This document shows positions 49,913 to 63,358 of a DNA stretch of 64,000 bases, piece after piece. Position numbers and translations under genes: made by a program. Every line of letters starts with the position of its first letter. Within the stretch, counting starts at the first letter, position 1. The notes beneath the pieces are model-generated. The model searched no databases, was not told the origin of the DNA, and saw only the letters and a program-made list of their open reading frames with translations. The DNA comes from Mustelus asterias (taxonomy: Eukaryota), in the NCBI RefSeq assembly GCF_964213995.1, contig NC_135808.1:31062001-31126000 (forward strand), read 5' to 3'.

Positions 49913-50049
49913 GACCGGAATTTTTCTGCCCGCCCGCCAGAGGCATTGGGGTGGGCAAGGGGTGGGCAGTGGGAAGGTCCATTGTCCTTGGGCAGTATTT
50001 TACTGTTGTGGGAGGAGCAAGGCTGTTAAGTCCCACCCATTATGTCTAA

Positions 50050-51195
50050 GAAATTTGATTGAATTTTTTGAGGTGAATAGGTGAGTAGATGACGGCAGTG
50101 CAGTTGATTGGGTCTACATGGACTTCAGAGCAATTTGGCACATTGGATCCAAGATTGGCTTAGTGGCAGGTGGCAGAGGGTGATGGTCGAGGGTTATTTT
50201 TGTGACTGGAAGCCTGTGTCCAATGGTGTATCGCATGGATCTGTGCTGGGTCTCTGGTTTGTCGTGTACATTAATGATCAAAATGTGAATGTAGGAACAT
50301 AATTAGTAAGTTTGCAGATGAGGCAAAAATTGGTGGTGTGGTAAATAGCAAGGAGGAAAGCCTTCAAATACAGGATGATGTAGACGGGCTGATCAGATGG
50401 GCAGTACAATGACAAATTGAATCACTGAAAAGTGTGAGGTAATGCATTTTGGGAGAACTAACAAGGCAAGGGAATACACAATGAACAACAGGATGCTAGG
50501 AGGTACAGAGGACCAGACTGAGCTTGGGTGCATGTCCAGAAGGAAGCAGGGCAGGTCAATAAGGTAGTTAAGAAGGCATATGGGATATTTGCCTTTATTA
50601 GCCGAGGCATAGAATATAAGAACTGGGAGGTCATGACAATGCTGTATAAATACTCATTAGGCCATGGTTAGATAACCGTGCAGTTTTGATCACCACACTA
50701 TAGGAAGGATGTCATTAGAGAGGGTGCAGAAGAGATTCACCAGAACGTTGCCAGGGCTGGAGCATTTCAGCTCTGAGGAGAGGCAGGCTGGTTATGCTGA
50801 AGTTTTCCTTAGAGCAGAGAAGGCTGTGGGGGATCCTGATCAAGGTGTACAAAATTATGATGGGTGTTGCTCGGGTAGATAGGAAGAAACCTTTCCACTT
50901 TGTAGAGGAGTCAATAAACAGTGAGCATAGATTTAACATAAGGAACAGGGGATTTAAGGAAAAACTGTTTTACCCAATGGGGTGGTGGGAATCTGGAACT
51001 CCCTTTCTGAAAGGATGGTGGAAATGGGAACCCTCACCATATTTATCAAGCATTTAGATAAGCACTTGAAAAACCATAGCATACAAGGTAATGGACCAAG
51101 TGCTGGAAAATGATTAGAATAGTGCTTGGTGGCCAGTGCAGCCAGGATGGGTCGAAGGGCCTCTTCCTGTGCTGTAGCACTCCAATACTCTATGC
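50050..51195 (+). mobile_element. Old CR1 LINE 3' portion
   Basis: Degenerate RT motifs and a CR1-type 3' end. Confidence 0.85.
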
Positions 51196-51374
51196 CTACT
51201 GGTGGCAACCCACAGATCTTGGGAAATCACTGTAATTCAGTACTGCTTTCCCTTGAAGCTGGTGTGACGCATCTATGATTATTCATATCTACAATTATTC
51301 ATATCTATAACAAAGTGTGTCAAACAAATTGGTTCACATCAAGATTCCTTCCCAACTGGAATAGAGATAAATGA

Positions 51375-52720
51375 AAGGCTTGCTTTTAAACAGTGCTTTA
51401 CACGACCACAGAGTGTTTCAAAGCACTTTACAGCCAATGAAGTACGTGTGAGGTTAAGTCGCTGTTTTATCTGATATTGATTTTACAGGATGTGGGCATC
51501 ACTGGCCAGACCAGCATTTATTGCCAATCCCCAATTGTTTCTACGAATGTGATGGTGATCTGCCTTCTTGAACCATTGCCATCCATGAACCGTTAGGGAG
51601 GGCATTCCAAGATTTTGACCCAGCAACAGTGATGGAATGGCAATATATTTCCAAGTCAGGATGGTGAGTGGCTTGAAGGGGAACCTCTAGGTGGCGGTGT
51701 TCATAGATGTCTGCAGCCTTTGTCCTTCTACATGGTGGTGGTTGTAAGTTTGGAGGACACTGTGTAAGGAGACTTGGAGATTTACTACAGTGCATCTTGT
51801 AGATGGTACACATGGCTGTCACTGTGCGTCAGTGGCAAGGGAGTTAATGTTTGTGAAAGGGGTAGCAATCAAGCAGGCTGTTTTGTCCTGGATGGCATCA
51901 AGCTTCTTGAATGTTGTTGGAGCTGCACTCATCCAGGCAAGTGGAGATTATTCCTGACTTGTGTCTTGTGGATGGTGGACAGGCTTTGGAAAGTCAGGGA
52001 GGTAATCTATTGCTGGCTAACCTGGAAGAGCAGACCACAAATGCATGCTGTACATGCTCTAAAAACCAAACTCCAAAACTACAGGACACACTACATGCTT
52101 GCAGCAAGCCACTCGGGATATGGGACAAATGTCTCAAATTGAGGGTGATCCCATAAAATCCAGGACAGTTAGTCATCTTGCTTGCACACTGAAAAACATG
52201 CACAAGGAGCGATATAATAATGACTGAATAATCTGTCCTTGTGAAGCTGATTAAGGGATAAATTGTTAAGGTCTTGTCAATTCCATTGTTATGGTAAAGA
52301 GAAACAGGTGAAGGGTATTAGTTGTCTTTGATATAAATAGAGAATGGCTGGAACACTGGGTTGAGTAGGAGCAGAGCGATTGAACAACTCAATAGACTCT
52401 CCCAATAAAGAATACTCTGTATCTTGGTTTCAGCTTCAACAACCAGCATGGATCCTGTTAACATAAATATTGGTTGCAGTGCCAGGGATAACGCCTCAGA
52501 TTTTCATCATAATAGTGTTGTGAGTTCCTTCACATCCAGCTGAGAGAGCGGATGTGGCCTTGGTTTAATATTTTAACGAAAAGACAACACCTTCAACTGA
52601 GCAACAATCCTTCAGTCGTACAGTGGATGTCAGCCTTTATTTGCCTGCTTTTAAATCCAGGGGTGGGTATTGAACCCACAAAGTTCTAACACAGAAGCTA
52701 CAATACCAACCACAGATGAC
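51375..52720 (-). mobile_element. Ancient DeuSINE (SacSINE1-like), interrupted by a LINE fragment
   Basis: Recalled similarity to shark Deu-domain SINEs (caaagcactttacagccaatgaagt; ttgaacccac B box). Confidence 0.6.
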
Positions 52721-53199
52721 TGGGTCATTTTTGTGCCAATCGCAACTAGGCGGAAACCATGACTAGAGCCAAACTGTGAGTAACTAAGATTGATGCACAT
52801 ATAATATGCATCCATGTAACTATCTTCTTCTCACTGAATTTTGCTCCAGGATTCAGTGTGCTTTTATTAGATGTTGTTGCAGTTTCTGTTCTATTTATTT
52901 CAGAAGTATTGTAAGTGTTTGTTGTTATACACTATAAATAGATCTTGTTTACTTTGTGAATAAGCCTTGTTTCCTCAGTCTTACTTGTACGTCCCACTCA
53001 GCCTCCGACTCATTGATATGATAGTTTCAGTAAAACCCTTTGGAGATTTATTACAAATTCAATAATGATTTAAGGGGGGATTTGACCACCATAAATTAAA
53101 GAGCCGGTCGCAGGGCCCCTCAGACAAGGCAGAAGTACATCTTCTATAACTGTACACTGCCAGCATGTTGCTTAACTGGAAAGAAGTGGTGGGTGGGAT

Positions 53200-54800
53200 C
53201 AGGGATCAGTGCTGCGTCCACTGTTATTTGTCATTTATAATAATGATTTTGGATGAGAATATAGGAGGCATGGTTAGTAAGTTTGTAGATGACACCAGGA
53301 TTGGCGGCACAGTGGACAGTGAAGAAAGTTATCTCTGATTGCAACAGGATCTTGATCAATTGGGCCAGTGGGCTGATGAATGGCCGATGGAGTTTAATTT
53401 AGATAAATGCGAGGTGATGCATTTTGGTAGTTTGAACCAGGGCAGGACTTACTCAGTTAATGGTAGGGCATTGGGGAGATTTACAGAGTCACAGGTGGAC
53501 AGAGTGATGAAGAAGGCATTCAGCATGCTTGGTTTCATCGGTCAGAACACTGAATACAGGAGTTGGGACGTCTTGTTGAAGTTGTACAAGATATTGGTAA
53601 GGAATACTGTGTACAGTTCTGGTCACCCTATTATAGAAAGGATATTATTAAACTAGAAAGAGTGCAGAAAAGATTTACGACTGAAGACGGGAATGGGTTA
53701 ATGAACTTCAATACTCAAAAGTGTTAAAGTGACCTCTGTGACATTTAGGGATTTTGAGAAATACTGTAGAACTCATGTTTACATTAGGGTGTTTTCATGC
53801 TCATGTATCCAAGAACAGATAAGAGCACAGCTGTTGTATGTTTTTCTGTTCAAGAATGTGGCTAATCCGCCATTTTGTATTCTTTAATTATGTATTGCTA
53901 TGTAACATGTAGGTCTTCTGTGACGTATAATGATACCTTCATATATATTCATCATAACCTGTACCGAAATACATTATACAAGTACCTACGAAAATATATA
54001 AATTGTTGTATGCCAATTAACTTTGTGCAAAGACTGTAACCTTGTACGTTAGTAAGATACCCCACCTGTGTTCACAGAGAACAACAACACTCGCGGCCTT
54101 GGGATATCCGTGAAGAAAACGTCAAGGCAGCAAGTTTCATACAATGGAAGACAAGCAACAGCCTGGGAACCTGTGAGGCCTGGGAAACTGCGGACGTGCA
54201 AGGAGGGGTATAAATGTATGTTCTTAACCTGTATTTGTTGAGAAGTCTGAGGCCGTGTTAGGCATTGGATGGTCTCCCACAATTGCGAAAATAAACCAAT
54301 GTATTTTGACTTACAAATAGACTGAGAGGTATCTTTACCGACAACACTACGATGCTACCGGGACTTGATGGTTTGAGTTATAAGGAGAGGCTGGATAGAC
54401 TGGGACTTTTTCCTCTGGAGCGTACGAGGCTGAGGGGTGATCTTATAGAGGTCTATAAAATAATGAGGGGCACAGATCAGCTCGATAGTCAATATCTTTT
54501 CCCAAAGGTAGGGGAGTCTAAAACTAGAGGGCATAGGTTTAAGGTGAGAGGGGAGAGATACAAAAGTGTCCAGAGGAGCAATTTTTTCTCACACAGGGTG
54601 GTGAGTGTCTGGAACAAGCTGCCAGAGGTAGTAGTAGAGGCGGGTACAATTTTGTCTTTTAAAAAGCATTTAGACAGTTACATGGGTAAAATAGGTATAG
54701 AGGGATTGGGTCAAATGTGGACAATTGGGATTAGCAGAGGGGTTTAAAAAAAAAAGGACAGCATGGACAAATTGGGCTGAAGGGCCTGTTTCCATGCTAT
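53200..54800 (+). mobile_element. CR1 LINE 3' portion hosting a solo LTR
   Basis: ORFs 53339.. and 54352.. are contiguous RT C-terminal pieces once the LTR is removed. Confidence 0.88.
53682..54346 (+). mobile_element. Solo LTR related to the 14295 LTR, inserted in a CR1
   Basis: Starts TGAAGACGGGAATGGGTTAATG; U5 end similar to the 14295 LTR; TATA and AATAAA present; ends ACAACA. 4-bp TSD cgac/ctac; host CR1 resumes afterwards. Confidence 0.85.
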
Positions 54801-55499
54801 AAATCTTCTGGTGTTCCTAAGACTTTGGCATCGCTGGTGGTGCCAAATTATACAAGGATTCCCAAAGATAGTGACGAGGACATCATGAGTGGCAAAAGGT
54901 GCCAGATGCAATTAAAGGAACAAAATCCAAGATAGTCCATTCTTCAACTATTTATTGGAACTGGAACACACTCAGTCACATCTAAAATGGAGAGGAGCTG
55001 AATGATGTGTGCTTACAGAGGCTATTGAAGCAAAAGTGCTTTCAGATTCAAAGGTGAAACAACATCTTTGGTTTTGTATTGATAGATGTAGGGAACAAGA
55101 CAATTGGGCTACAATTTCTGTATTTTGTTTCAGATGAAGGACACGCATTCATTGGAGAAGTATGCAGCGTATGAGGAGGTTATCAGGGATGAAACATTAC
55201 ATTTCTGAACAGAAACTCAATAGTTTTGAGCAGCTTTCAATGCAGCTGAGGGGCTTCTGCAGCACTTGGACATCCAGCTTCACTATTCCAGTGGTGAACT
55301 AATACAATTGCCTCCATTGTGAGACCAGACAGTGAAGAGGGATCGAAATGGAAGATATTCAATAAGCTTTGCTCCCAGTGCGGTTTTGTACCAGGCAAGG
55401 TATAGCCCTGGGCTGGATGTGGCCTGCAAAGCTCCTCTACACTATACACTCCCTCTACACTATACACTCCCTCCACCCCCCACACTCCCCATGCAGTTT

Positions 55500-55720
55500 T
55501 CATGGAGTGGTGGGGGGTATGTCAGGAGGAGGAGTGTGGGGGTGCGGAGTGAGGGGGGGGTGGTGTTTGGGAGGGGTGAAATGGGGTTTTTGTGGGTGAG
55601 GTGTGGGAGGGAGTGTGTTGGGGGAGAGGGGGTGGGGGGAGTGTGTGCGGGGGGAGGGGAAAGTGAGGGAATTTGTATGTGGGAATGAGGGATTGAATGT
55701 AGGAGTGAGTGTGTGTGGGA
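55500..55720. repeat. G/T-rich low-complexity tract
   Basis: Repeated ggggtg/gggagtgtgt units. Confidence 0.8.
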
Positions 55721-56103
55721 TTCTATGCATTGTATAAACACTACCATGCAATCTTTCTGGGACATGGTTTAACTGTTGATAAGGAGTGAGTTTGGCTGGG
55801 GCACGGTCAGTGCAGACAGCAGTGAGTTCAGTGGAGGGCGTTCTGAGGGCAATGTATCGGAGAAAAGGATTCCAAAGTCCAAACTAGTCAAACAGCAGCT
55901 GAGCTTAGGTTTCTTGCACCATGTTCTATAATCGGATGAGGGTACTTGAAGGAATACATTACCCTGGACAAAGCCAAGTAAATCTCAACAGACTAAGCAC
56001 ATGCAGCGGGCTATGTAAACAAAGGCAATAAGGACAGATGTTCAGTGAAAATGTCTTCATAAACAAAGGGCTGTTTGACAGTGGGCTGATTTACATGGGG
56101 AGA

Positions 56104-56250
56104 ACACACCAAGAAGTCTCACAACACCAGGTTAAAGTCCAACAGGTTGAGTGGCTTGTGCTACCAAATAAACCTGTTGGACTTTAACCTGGTGTGGTGA
56201 GACTTCTTACTGTGCTTACCCCAGTCCATTGCCGGCATCTCCACATCATG
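56104..56250. mobile_element. Penelope-derived fold-back mini-element, family A
   Basis: About 36-bp near-perfect inverted arms; imperfect 11-bp TSD. Confidence 0.75.
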
Positions 56251-56697
56251 ACATAGAGAGAGGCAGGGAGTATATCGGCTTTAACCAAAGAAGGAAATGC
56301 ACTGTGCTGATAATGGAATAGGGTGAGGTTGTGGAGGTTGTTTTTAACACTCTGGGAAAGCAGCCAGCAATCTTGAGAAATGGGTTTCTTTCCTGCTGCA
56401 ATCTGTTTTGTTTAGCGTACAGGAACCATGCAAAGTTTTGACCACTGGCTTTAACCTGTGTGAAGCAACCAGTGCACTGATAAGAGATTATGGAGGCCCT
56501 AACATATATGCTCCAGTGAACAATTTATTTGAGTTAATAGTTTTCTTCTTCATCACAAAGATTTATAAACATATCCCTTCAAGAATTTCAAAGTTTCATT
56601 TTGCTTACTGAACAGTATTTATATCAATGCTGTAATTCTGTGTGTAGCACATTCCCACTTCTCTGCAAATATTTGGCATTATACTAACACCTTAAAG

Positions 56698-56894
56698 GGG
56701 CGGGATTTTCTGGCCATTCCTGCTGGCAGGACTTCTGGTCTCGCCAATGGCAACTGCCACCACCCCACCATGGGCTCTCTGGCGGCAGAGGGTATGAATA
56801 ACAGTAAACCCCATTGTCAGTCCTGTCACTGGCCAAAGATAAGTCATCTCTGCTGCCACAAAACATGTTGTGGAGGGGATGGAAAATGCCGCCC
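56698..56894. mobile_element. MITE with GGGCGGGATTTTC-type TIRs (relatives at about 27103, 48241, 49913 and 60020)
   Basis: 13-bp inverted termini with a 12/13 match. Confidence 0.7.
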
Positions 56895-57164
56895 TTCATC
56901 TGTAAGTTCACACACTGTGGTGATTGTCCCTTTAAGGGCAACTTAGCAGAAGAGGGTCATCAGGTTTGGAGGTCCAGTTGGGACTGAGTGGGTAATCACC
57001 CCAGGGAGTGGAGCTCTCTCTTAGTCAGAAGACAGCTGGAAGACATGTAAGCAACCAGGGCAGCTGGTGGGCTGCTGGCCTCTGCAAGCTTTGCTATTAA
57101 TAATTACCTTTAAGGAAGTCTGAATAAGAGGGCAATAATAGGAGACTTTAACTATCCCAACATG

Positions 57165-59225
57165 ACGAGGAGGATTGATGAGGGTAGTGCAGTGGATGTT
57201 GTCCACATGGATTTTAGTAAGGCATTTGACAAAGTCCCACAAAGGCTGCTCATAAAAGTAAAAGCCCATGGGATACAGGGTGATATGGTGAATTAGTTCC
57301 AAAGTTGGCTTAGTAACAGGAAACAAAGGGTAATGGTTGACGGCTGCCCTTGAGAATGGAAAGCTGTCTCAAGTGGTGTTCCGCAAGGCTCGGTGTCGGA
57401 ACACCTGCTGTTTGCTTTATATATTAATGGTTTAGACTTGAATGTGGGGGGCACAATTGAGAAATCTGCAGATGACACAAAAATTTCCTATGTAGTGGAT
57501 AGTGTAGAACAGTGGTTCCCAAACCTTAGGACATACTGGCACTGGAGCGGGTCCAGCGGAGATTCACACGGATGATCCCAGGAATGGTAGGCCTGACATA
57601 CGATGAACGTCTGAGGATCGTGGGATTATATTCGTTGGAGTTTGGGAGGTTGAGGGGAGATCTAATAGAAACTTACAAGATAATGAACGGCTTAGATAGG
57701 ATGGACGTAGGGAAGTTGTTTCCATTAGCAGGGGAGACTAGGACGCGGGGGCACAGCCTTAGAATAAAAGGGAGTCACTTTAGAACAGAGATGAGGAGAA
57801 ATTTCTTCAGCCAGAGAGTGGTAGGTCTGTGGAATTCATTGCCACAGAGGGCTGTGGAGGCCGAGACGTTGAGCGTCTTCAAGACAGAAATTGATAAATT
57901 CTTGATTTCTCGAGGAATTAAGGGCTATGGGGAGAGAGCGGGTAAATGGAGTTGAAATCAACCATGATTGAATGGTGGAGTGGACTCGATGGGCCGAATG
58001 GCCTTACTTCCGCTCCTATGTCTTATGGTCTTATGGTCTTATGGTCTTTTTCACTGGGCCGCACTTTCGGAATTAAAATTTGCTCGTGCCACACCAAATT
58101 TTTATTGATAAGAAATACATTCCAAAAAAAAACCAACTCCTAGCAGTGCTTGATTCATAACATAGAACACAACTACTTTATAATATGATCATGGGACATC
58201 CAGAAAGTGTAAAATAATGCATCACTTGATGCTCTTGCTCTCACTTTGGAAAAATATCTATCCATGTTTAAATGTTTCTTTGATTGTCCTTGAATCTTCC
58301 CGCCACACTTGCCATCCTCTCTCGCCACACCAGTGTGGTGCGCCGTACCCTAAGGGAACCACTGGTTTAGAAGATAGTTCTAAGCTCCAAAATAATATAG
58401 CTAGGTTGGTGGAGTGGCAGGAAAGTGGCAGATGCAATTCAACTCTAAGTGTGAGGTAATGCATTTAGTGAGGTCAAACAGTAAAAGGATATACACCATA
58501 AATGGGAATATACTGAGAGGTAGATGAAGTGAGACCATGGCGTGCGTGTGCACAGGTCCCTAAAGATAGATAATGTTATAAAGAAGGGATATGGAATGCT
58601 CTCCTTTATTAGCAGAGTGATAGAATACAAAAGTAGGAATGTAATGATGAAACTGTATAAGACATTGGTGAGGCCACAACTGGAGTATTGTATGCAGTTC
58701 TGGTCACCACATTACAGGAAGGATGTTATTGCTCTGCAGAGAAGATTTACAAGAATGTTGCCAGGGTTGGAGAATTGTTGTTACGAGGAGAGATCGAAGA
58801 GGTTGGGGTTGTTTTCCTTGGAACAGAGAAGGCTGAGGGGGTGTCATGATTGAGGCATGCAAAACTGTGAGGGGTGGAGATAGAGTAGACAGGAGGAACT
58901 GGTTTCCCTTGGCAGTGAATTCAAAAACCAGGGGTCATAGATCCAAGCTAAGTAACTGACGGATCACAGGGTTCATGAGGAAATATTTTTTTATGCTGAG
59001 GGTGATGGGTGTCTGGAATTCGCTGCCTGAGTTGGTCGTGGTAGTAGAGACCCTAACCTCGTTTAACAAGTTCCTGGGCCTGCACCTTAAGTGCTGTAAT
59101 TTGCAGGACGCAGGGCCGTGTGGAGGAAAATGGGATTAGAAAGGGCACCTGCGTGTGTTTGGGTTGACATGAACAAGATGGGCTGAATGGTCCATCTGTG
59201 TAATTTCTGTGATTCTATGGTTCTA
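57165..59225 (+). mobile_element. Old CR1 LINE hosting a hAT MITE
   Basis: RT motifs continue on both sides of 57510-58364. Confidence 0.85.
57510..58364. mobile_element. Non-autonomous hAT (Charlie-like) DNA transposon containing a young CR1 3' end (about 57532-58047)
   Basis: Perfect 11-bp TIR CAGTGGTTCCC/GGGAACCACTG; 8-bp TSD gtgtagaa/gtttagaa. Confidence 0.85.
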
Positions 59226-59229
59226 AATC

Positions 59230-60810
59230 TGCACTCGCCCTTCACATATCCAAGGGAAACAATCCCAACTTCTCCAATTTATCCATCTAACTGAAGCTCC
59301 TCATCCCTGGAACCATTCATGTAAATCTTTCCCGCACCGTCTGTGATGTCTTCATATGCTTCCTAAAGTGTGGTGCCCAAAAAGGGTATCAATAATATGG
59401 TTCAGGCTGAACAAGTGTTTTCTGAAGATCTTGTCCACTGTGTTTCCAGTTATAAAGCTTAGGATTCAGTGCGTCTTTTTAGTTACTTTCCTACTCTGCC
59501 CTGCCACTTTCAATGATTTGTGCAGCCGAGGTCCCTCTGAAGTCTGGATTTCATGTTGCCTCTCCTCAGCAAGTAGTTAGGAAAGCTAAAGAATGTTATA
59601 ATTTAGTGTAAGGGGAATTGAACACAAATGTAGGGATGTTATGCTTCAGTTACAGAGGACATTGGTGAGACCACATTCTGTGTGCAGCATTGGTCTCCTT
59701 ATTTAAGAAAGGATGTAAATGTGTTGGAAGCAGTTCAGAGAAGGTTTACTAAACTAATACCAGGATTGCATGGGTTGTCTTGCGAGGAAAGGTTGGACAA
59801 GCTAGACTTCTATCTGCTGGAGTTTAAAGGAGTAAGAGGTGACTTGTTTAAAATATATAAAGGCCTGAGGGGTATTGACAGGAGCCTGTGGAGAGGATAT
59901 TTCCTCTTGTGGGACAGTCTCGAACTTGGAGCCTCTGTTTAAAGTGAAAGGGTCACCCATTTAGAAACATGGAAATCAGGAGCAGGATTCGGCCCTTCGA
60001 GCCTGTTCCACCATTCAGTATGGCTGAAATTTTACTGCCCCACCCACCACGGAAATTGGACTGGGCAAGGGGCAGATAATGGAAAGGTCCGTTGACCTCG
60101 GGCAGGATTTTACGGTTTCATGACGGGCAAGGCCATAAAATCCCATCCTATATCGCATTGCCATACTCCCGCATTCTCCCAATACCCCTCGATGCCTTCA
60201 GAGTCTAGAAATCTATTTCCTTCTTGGGTATCTTCAGTGATTTAACCTGCACAGCCTTCTGTGGTAGAAAATTCCACAGGTTCACCAACTTCTAATTGAA
60301 AATATTACCACTCATCTCAGTCTTAAATGGTCTACCCCATATGCTGAGATTGTGATCCCTTATTCTAGACCCCCCAGCAAGAGGAAACCATATCCCCACA
60401 TCCAGTCTTCCCAGCCCTGTCAGACTTTTATACATCTCAATGGGATCCCTCTCATTCTTCTCAACTCCAGTGAATACAGGCCTAGTCAACCCATTCTCTC
60501 CTCATACAACAATCCTGCCATCCCACGAATCAGCCTGGTGAACCACCACTGCCTTCACTCAGTGGCAATACTCCAGGTGTGGTCTCCCCGAGGCCCTGTA
60601 CAGTTGCAGTAAGGCATCCTTGCATTGTAGGACAGAGATGAGGATACATTTTTCTCTTGGGATTGTAAGTCTTTAGAACCTTCTTCCTCAATAGACACTG
60701 GAAGCAGAGTCTGAATATTTTGAAGGTAGATAGATTCTTGATAGGAGAGGGTTGAAAGGTTACCAGGGATAGGTGGGAATGAGGAGCTGCGGTTAGTCAG
60801 ATCAGCCATA
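59230..60810. mobile_element. Cluster of CR1 fragments in both orientations
   Basis: RT C-terminal and 3' UTR fragments: minus about 59230-59530 and 59965-60620; plus about 59570-59960 and 60620-60810. Confidence 0.75.
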
Positions 60811-60989
60811 GAACCATAGAAACATGGAAAAGCTCCTGCACAGAAAGAGGCCATTCCTGCTTAAACTATATACATCGGTCATGTTGCACTCTGTGTTGCT
60901 TCAATACAGTTACATATAGTTAGAGTTAAGCACAAAATCTGAGAAGTTTTACCCAGTTACCAGCCCTTCAATGTACATTTGTTAAAGGG

Positions 60990-61805
60990 CCTTACATGAT
61001 TGGCTGGACAACTAGTTTATGATGCGGGCAACAACATGGGTTCAATTCCTGTACCAGCTGAGGTTATTCATAGAATCCCTATAGTGCAGAAAGAGGCTAT
61101 TTGGCCCATTGAGCCTGCACTGACCACAGTCCCACCAAGGTCCTATTCCCATAACCCCACATATTTACCCTGTTAATCCTCCGACACTACGGTCAATTTA
61201 GCATGGCCAATCGCCCTAACCCACATACACACGGGGAAAATGTGCAAACACACACAGACAGTGATCCGAGGCCAGATTTGAACCCAGGTCCCTGTCACTG
61301 AGAGGCAGCAGTGCTAACCACTGTGCCACCATGTCACTGTGATCACCACATCTTAGGCAAGTGGCAAGATTGAGAAGGCCCTACTTTTTCAATCTTTCCA
61401 CTTGTCTGAGGTGTGGTGATCCTCGGGTTCAATCACCACCAGTCAGCTCTCCCCAGCAAAGGGAAAAGCAGCCTGTGGTCACCTGGGACTGCAGCAACTT
61501 TACCTTCTACTCTGCACAGTGGATAGCACTGCTGTCTCACAGTGCCAGGGACCCGGGTTCAATTCCCGGCTTGGGTCACTGTCTGTGTGGAGTCTGCATG
61601 TTCTCCCCGTAACTGCGTGGGTTTCCTCCCACAGTCCAAAGATGTGCAGATGAGGTGGATTGGCCATGCTAAACTACCCCTTAGTGTACAAAGAAGTGTA
61701 GGTTAGGGGAATTAGATGACAAGTAAAATACTCAATCCAAGAGTCAGTGCAGACTGGATGGGCCGAATTGCCTCCTTCTGCATTTTAGAACTTCAATGAT
61801 TCTCT
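60990..61805. mobile_element. SINE cluster: a different tRNA-SINE (also at 7255-7370 minus) interrupted by HE1 (61069-61335 -) and followed by HE1 (61514-61805 +)
   Basis: B box gggttcaattcc; shared ...atcaccaccagtcagctctcccc segment. Confidence 0.75.
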
Positions 61806-62906
61806 GGAATGAAGGCATTGAAATGTTTGTAATATTCTCAGTACTGTGTTGAAGAACCTCAAAACGCATCTTAATCTCTGGAGAGAATGAGAATATCATT
61901 GCAATTTCCTGTTATAGCAACTTGAAATGTTTTTGTCATCTTTCAGAGAGTTTACGAATAAAGTATATATTTTCAAAAGTAGGTTTGTATTCTTTGTTCA
62001 TCTTTCTGTATTAAATTTGATCTGCCACACATCCGCCCATTCTGCCTGGTGTCTGTATCCTTGAAGTCTACTTCTCCTCACAGCTCACGAGGTGAGCAAG
62101 TTTCACGAGGTGCACAAATTGTGAAATTGCACCCTGCGCACACAATCTCAGAATTGCGCAGAAGGTGTGCGCACCAGCTCTACAAAGGGGCATGATGACT
62201 GAGTGCCATACTCCTGCCTTTTCCCCATAACTCTTACACTCAGGGCCTAGATCATTAACATGAGATCGAGAAATGGTCCAACCAGGGACCCTGCCGCCCA
62301 CCCAATTTTCCTGGGCCCTGCCTGAGGCACCCCACTACATACCCAACTCCACTCTAAAACTTCCTGTCAACGGACCAATTCCGTATGCAGGCTGCCATTG
62401 CCCCGTTTTATTCCATCCAATAAATACAAGCTGCTTTTTTTCCCTTTAATATAAGGTGCAAATGAAATAGACACGCACACAGTAAATGGAGATAACGACA
62501 GATGGGTGGGTACATAGAGGGCAAAGGAAAATACTTAGAGTTGTACATGCGGAAATAATGACAAAATAGCACGTTTTTAAAAGGCCCCAAAATATAGCGT
62601 CAGGTACGTCATTAAGCTGCAGATCAGCCCTGACAAAACTGACTTTAGCGTATTTGATGTGTTAACTGCATCTTGTACAATGTAATAATCCGCAATGATC
62701 TTGTACAATGTCAGTAATAATCCGCAATGATGCTTAAAGTTTAGTAATGGCAGCAAGTTTCTACACTATAAACCCACCCCATCTAAAATCTTATTGCGAC
62801 TGGATGGATAGTCTCCTGAGTAAATCCCATTAGTAATCACCTAATTTCTAAAGAGCCAGAACACCATATATCGTACCCGCGGTCGCCCCGGAACACTCCT
62901 TCTTAC

Positions 62907-63320
62907 CTTGTACTTTCTCACCGCGTCCGCCACGGGCAGGAAGCTGTGTCCTGAGTGTGAGGGTGAATCTCGACAAATGACACAGATCAGAGTCTGATCG
63001 TCCTCACAGAAGAGTTTCAGCTTCTCATCGTGTTCCTCGCAGTGAGAGCCCACCGCCTGTGGCGCCGGGTTCACTTCCAACTGTCTGGCTTTCTCACAGA
63101 GATTGGCCAACACCCTGGCATTTTTAAACGACCTCTGGGGGAAAACTGCCCGGCATTCCGGGCAGGAAAACTTCTTCCTCCGGCTTTCCCAACATTTCTC
63201 TATACAGGATTTACAGAAGTTGTGATCACAGTCCAGCCGCACCGGCTCCACAAACAGAGCCAGGCAGATGGAGCAGGTTAAATCCTCACTCAGAGTTAAG
63301 ACCTGCTTGTTAGCAGCCAT
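62907..63320 (-). CDS. TRIM family E3 ligase (RING-Bbox-CC-B30.2), coding exon 1: RING + B-box2
   Basis: ATG at 63320 in aacATGG context (the ORF-track start at 63341 is GTG). C3HC4 RING CSIC..CDHNFCKSC..CPEC and B-box CEEH..C..C..C..H..H. 414 nt, phase-0 donor AAG|gtaaga. Confidence 0.95.
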
Positions 63321-63343
63321 GTTCTCTGTACTGGAATCCACAT

Positions 63344-63358
63344 TTTCACTTTCATTTC
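63344..63358 (-). promoter_or_regulatory. ISRE/IRF element GAAA-T-GAAA-GT-GAAA upstream of the TRIM ATG
   Basis: Plus strand reads TTTCACTTTCATTTC, 24-38 nt upstream of the ATG. Matches the GAAAN(1-2)GAAA consensus twice. Confidence 0.7.

Noticed and set aside
54800-55350. HARBI1-like transposase remnant
   Set aside because: Only faint motifs (VPDAIKGT, EQTIGL with a frameshift); too decayed to support without a search.
62669-62732. Short tandem duplication in intron 1
   Set aside because: Two copies of about 28 bp, consistent with simple slippage; no evident function.
63321-63341. N-terminal extension MDSSTEN of the TRIM
   Set aside because: It begins at GTG; the first ATG in good context is at 63320.
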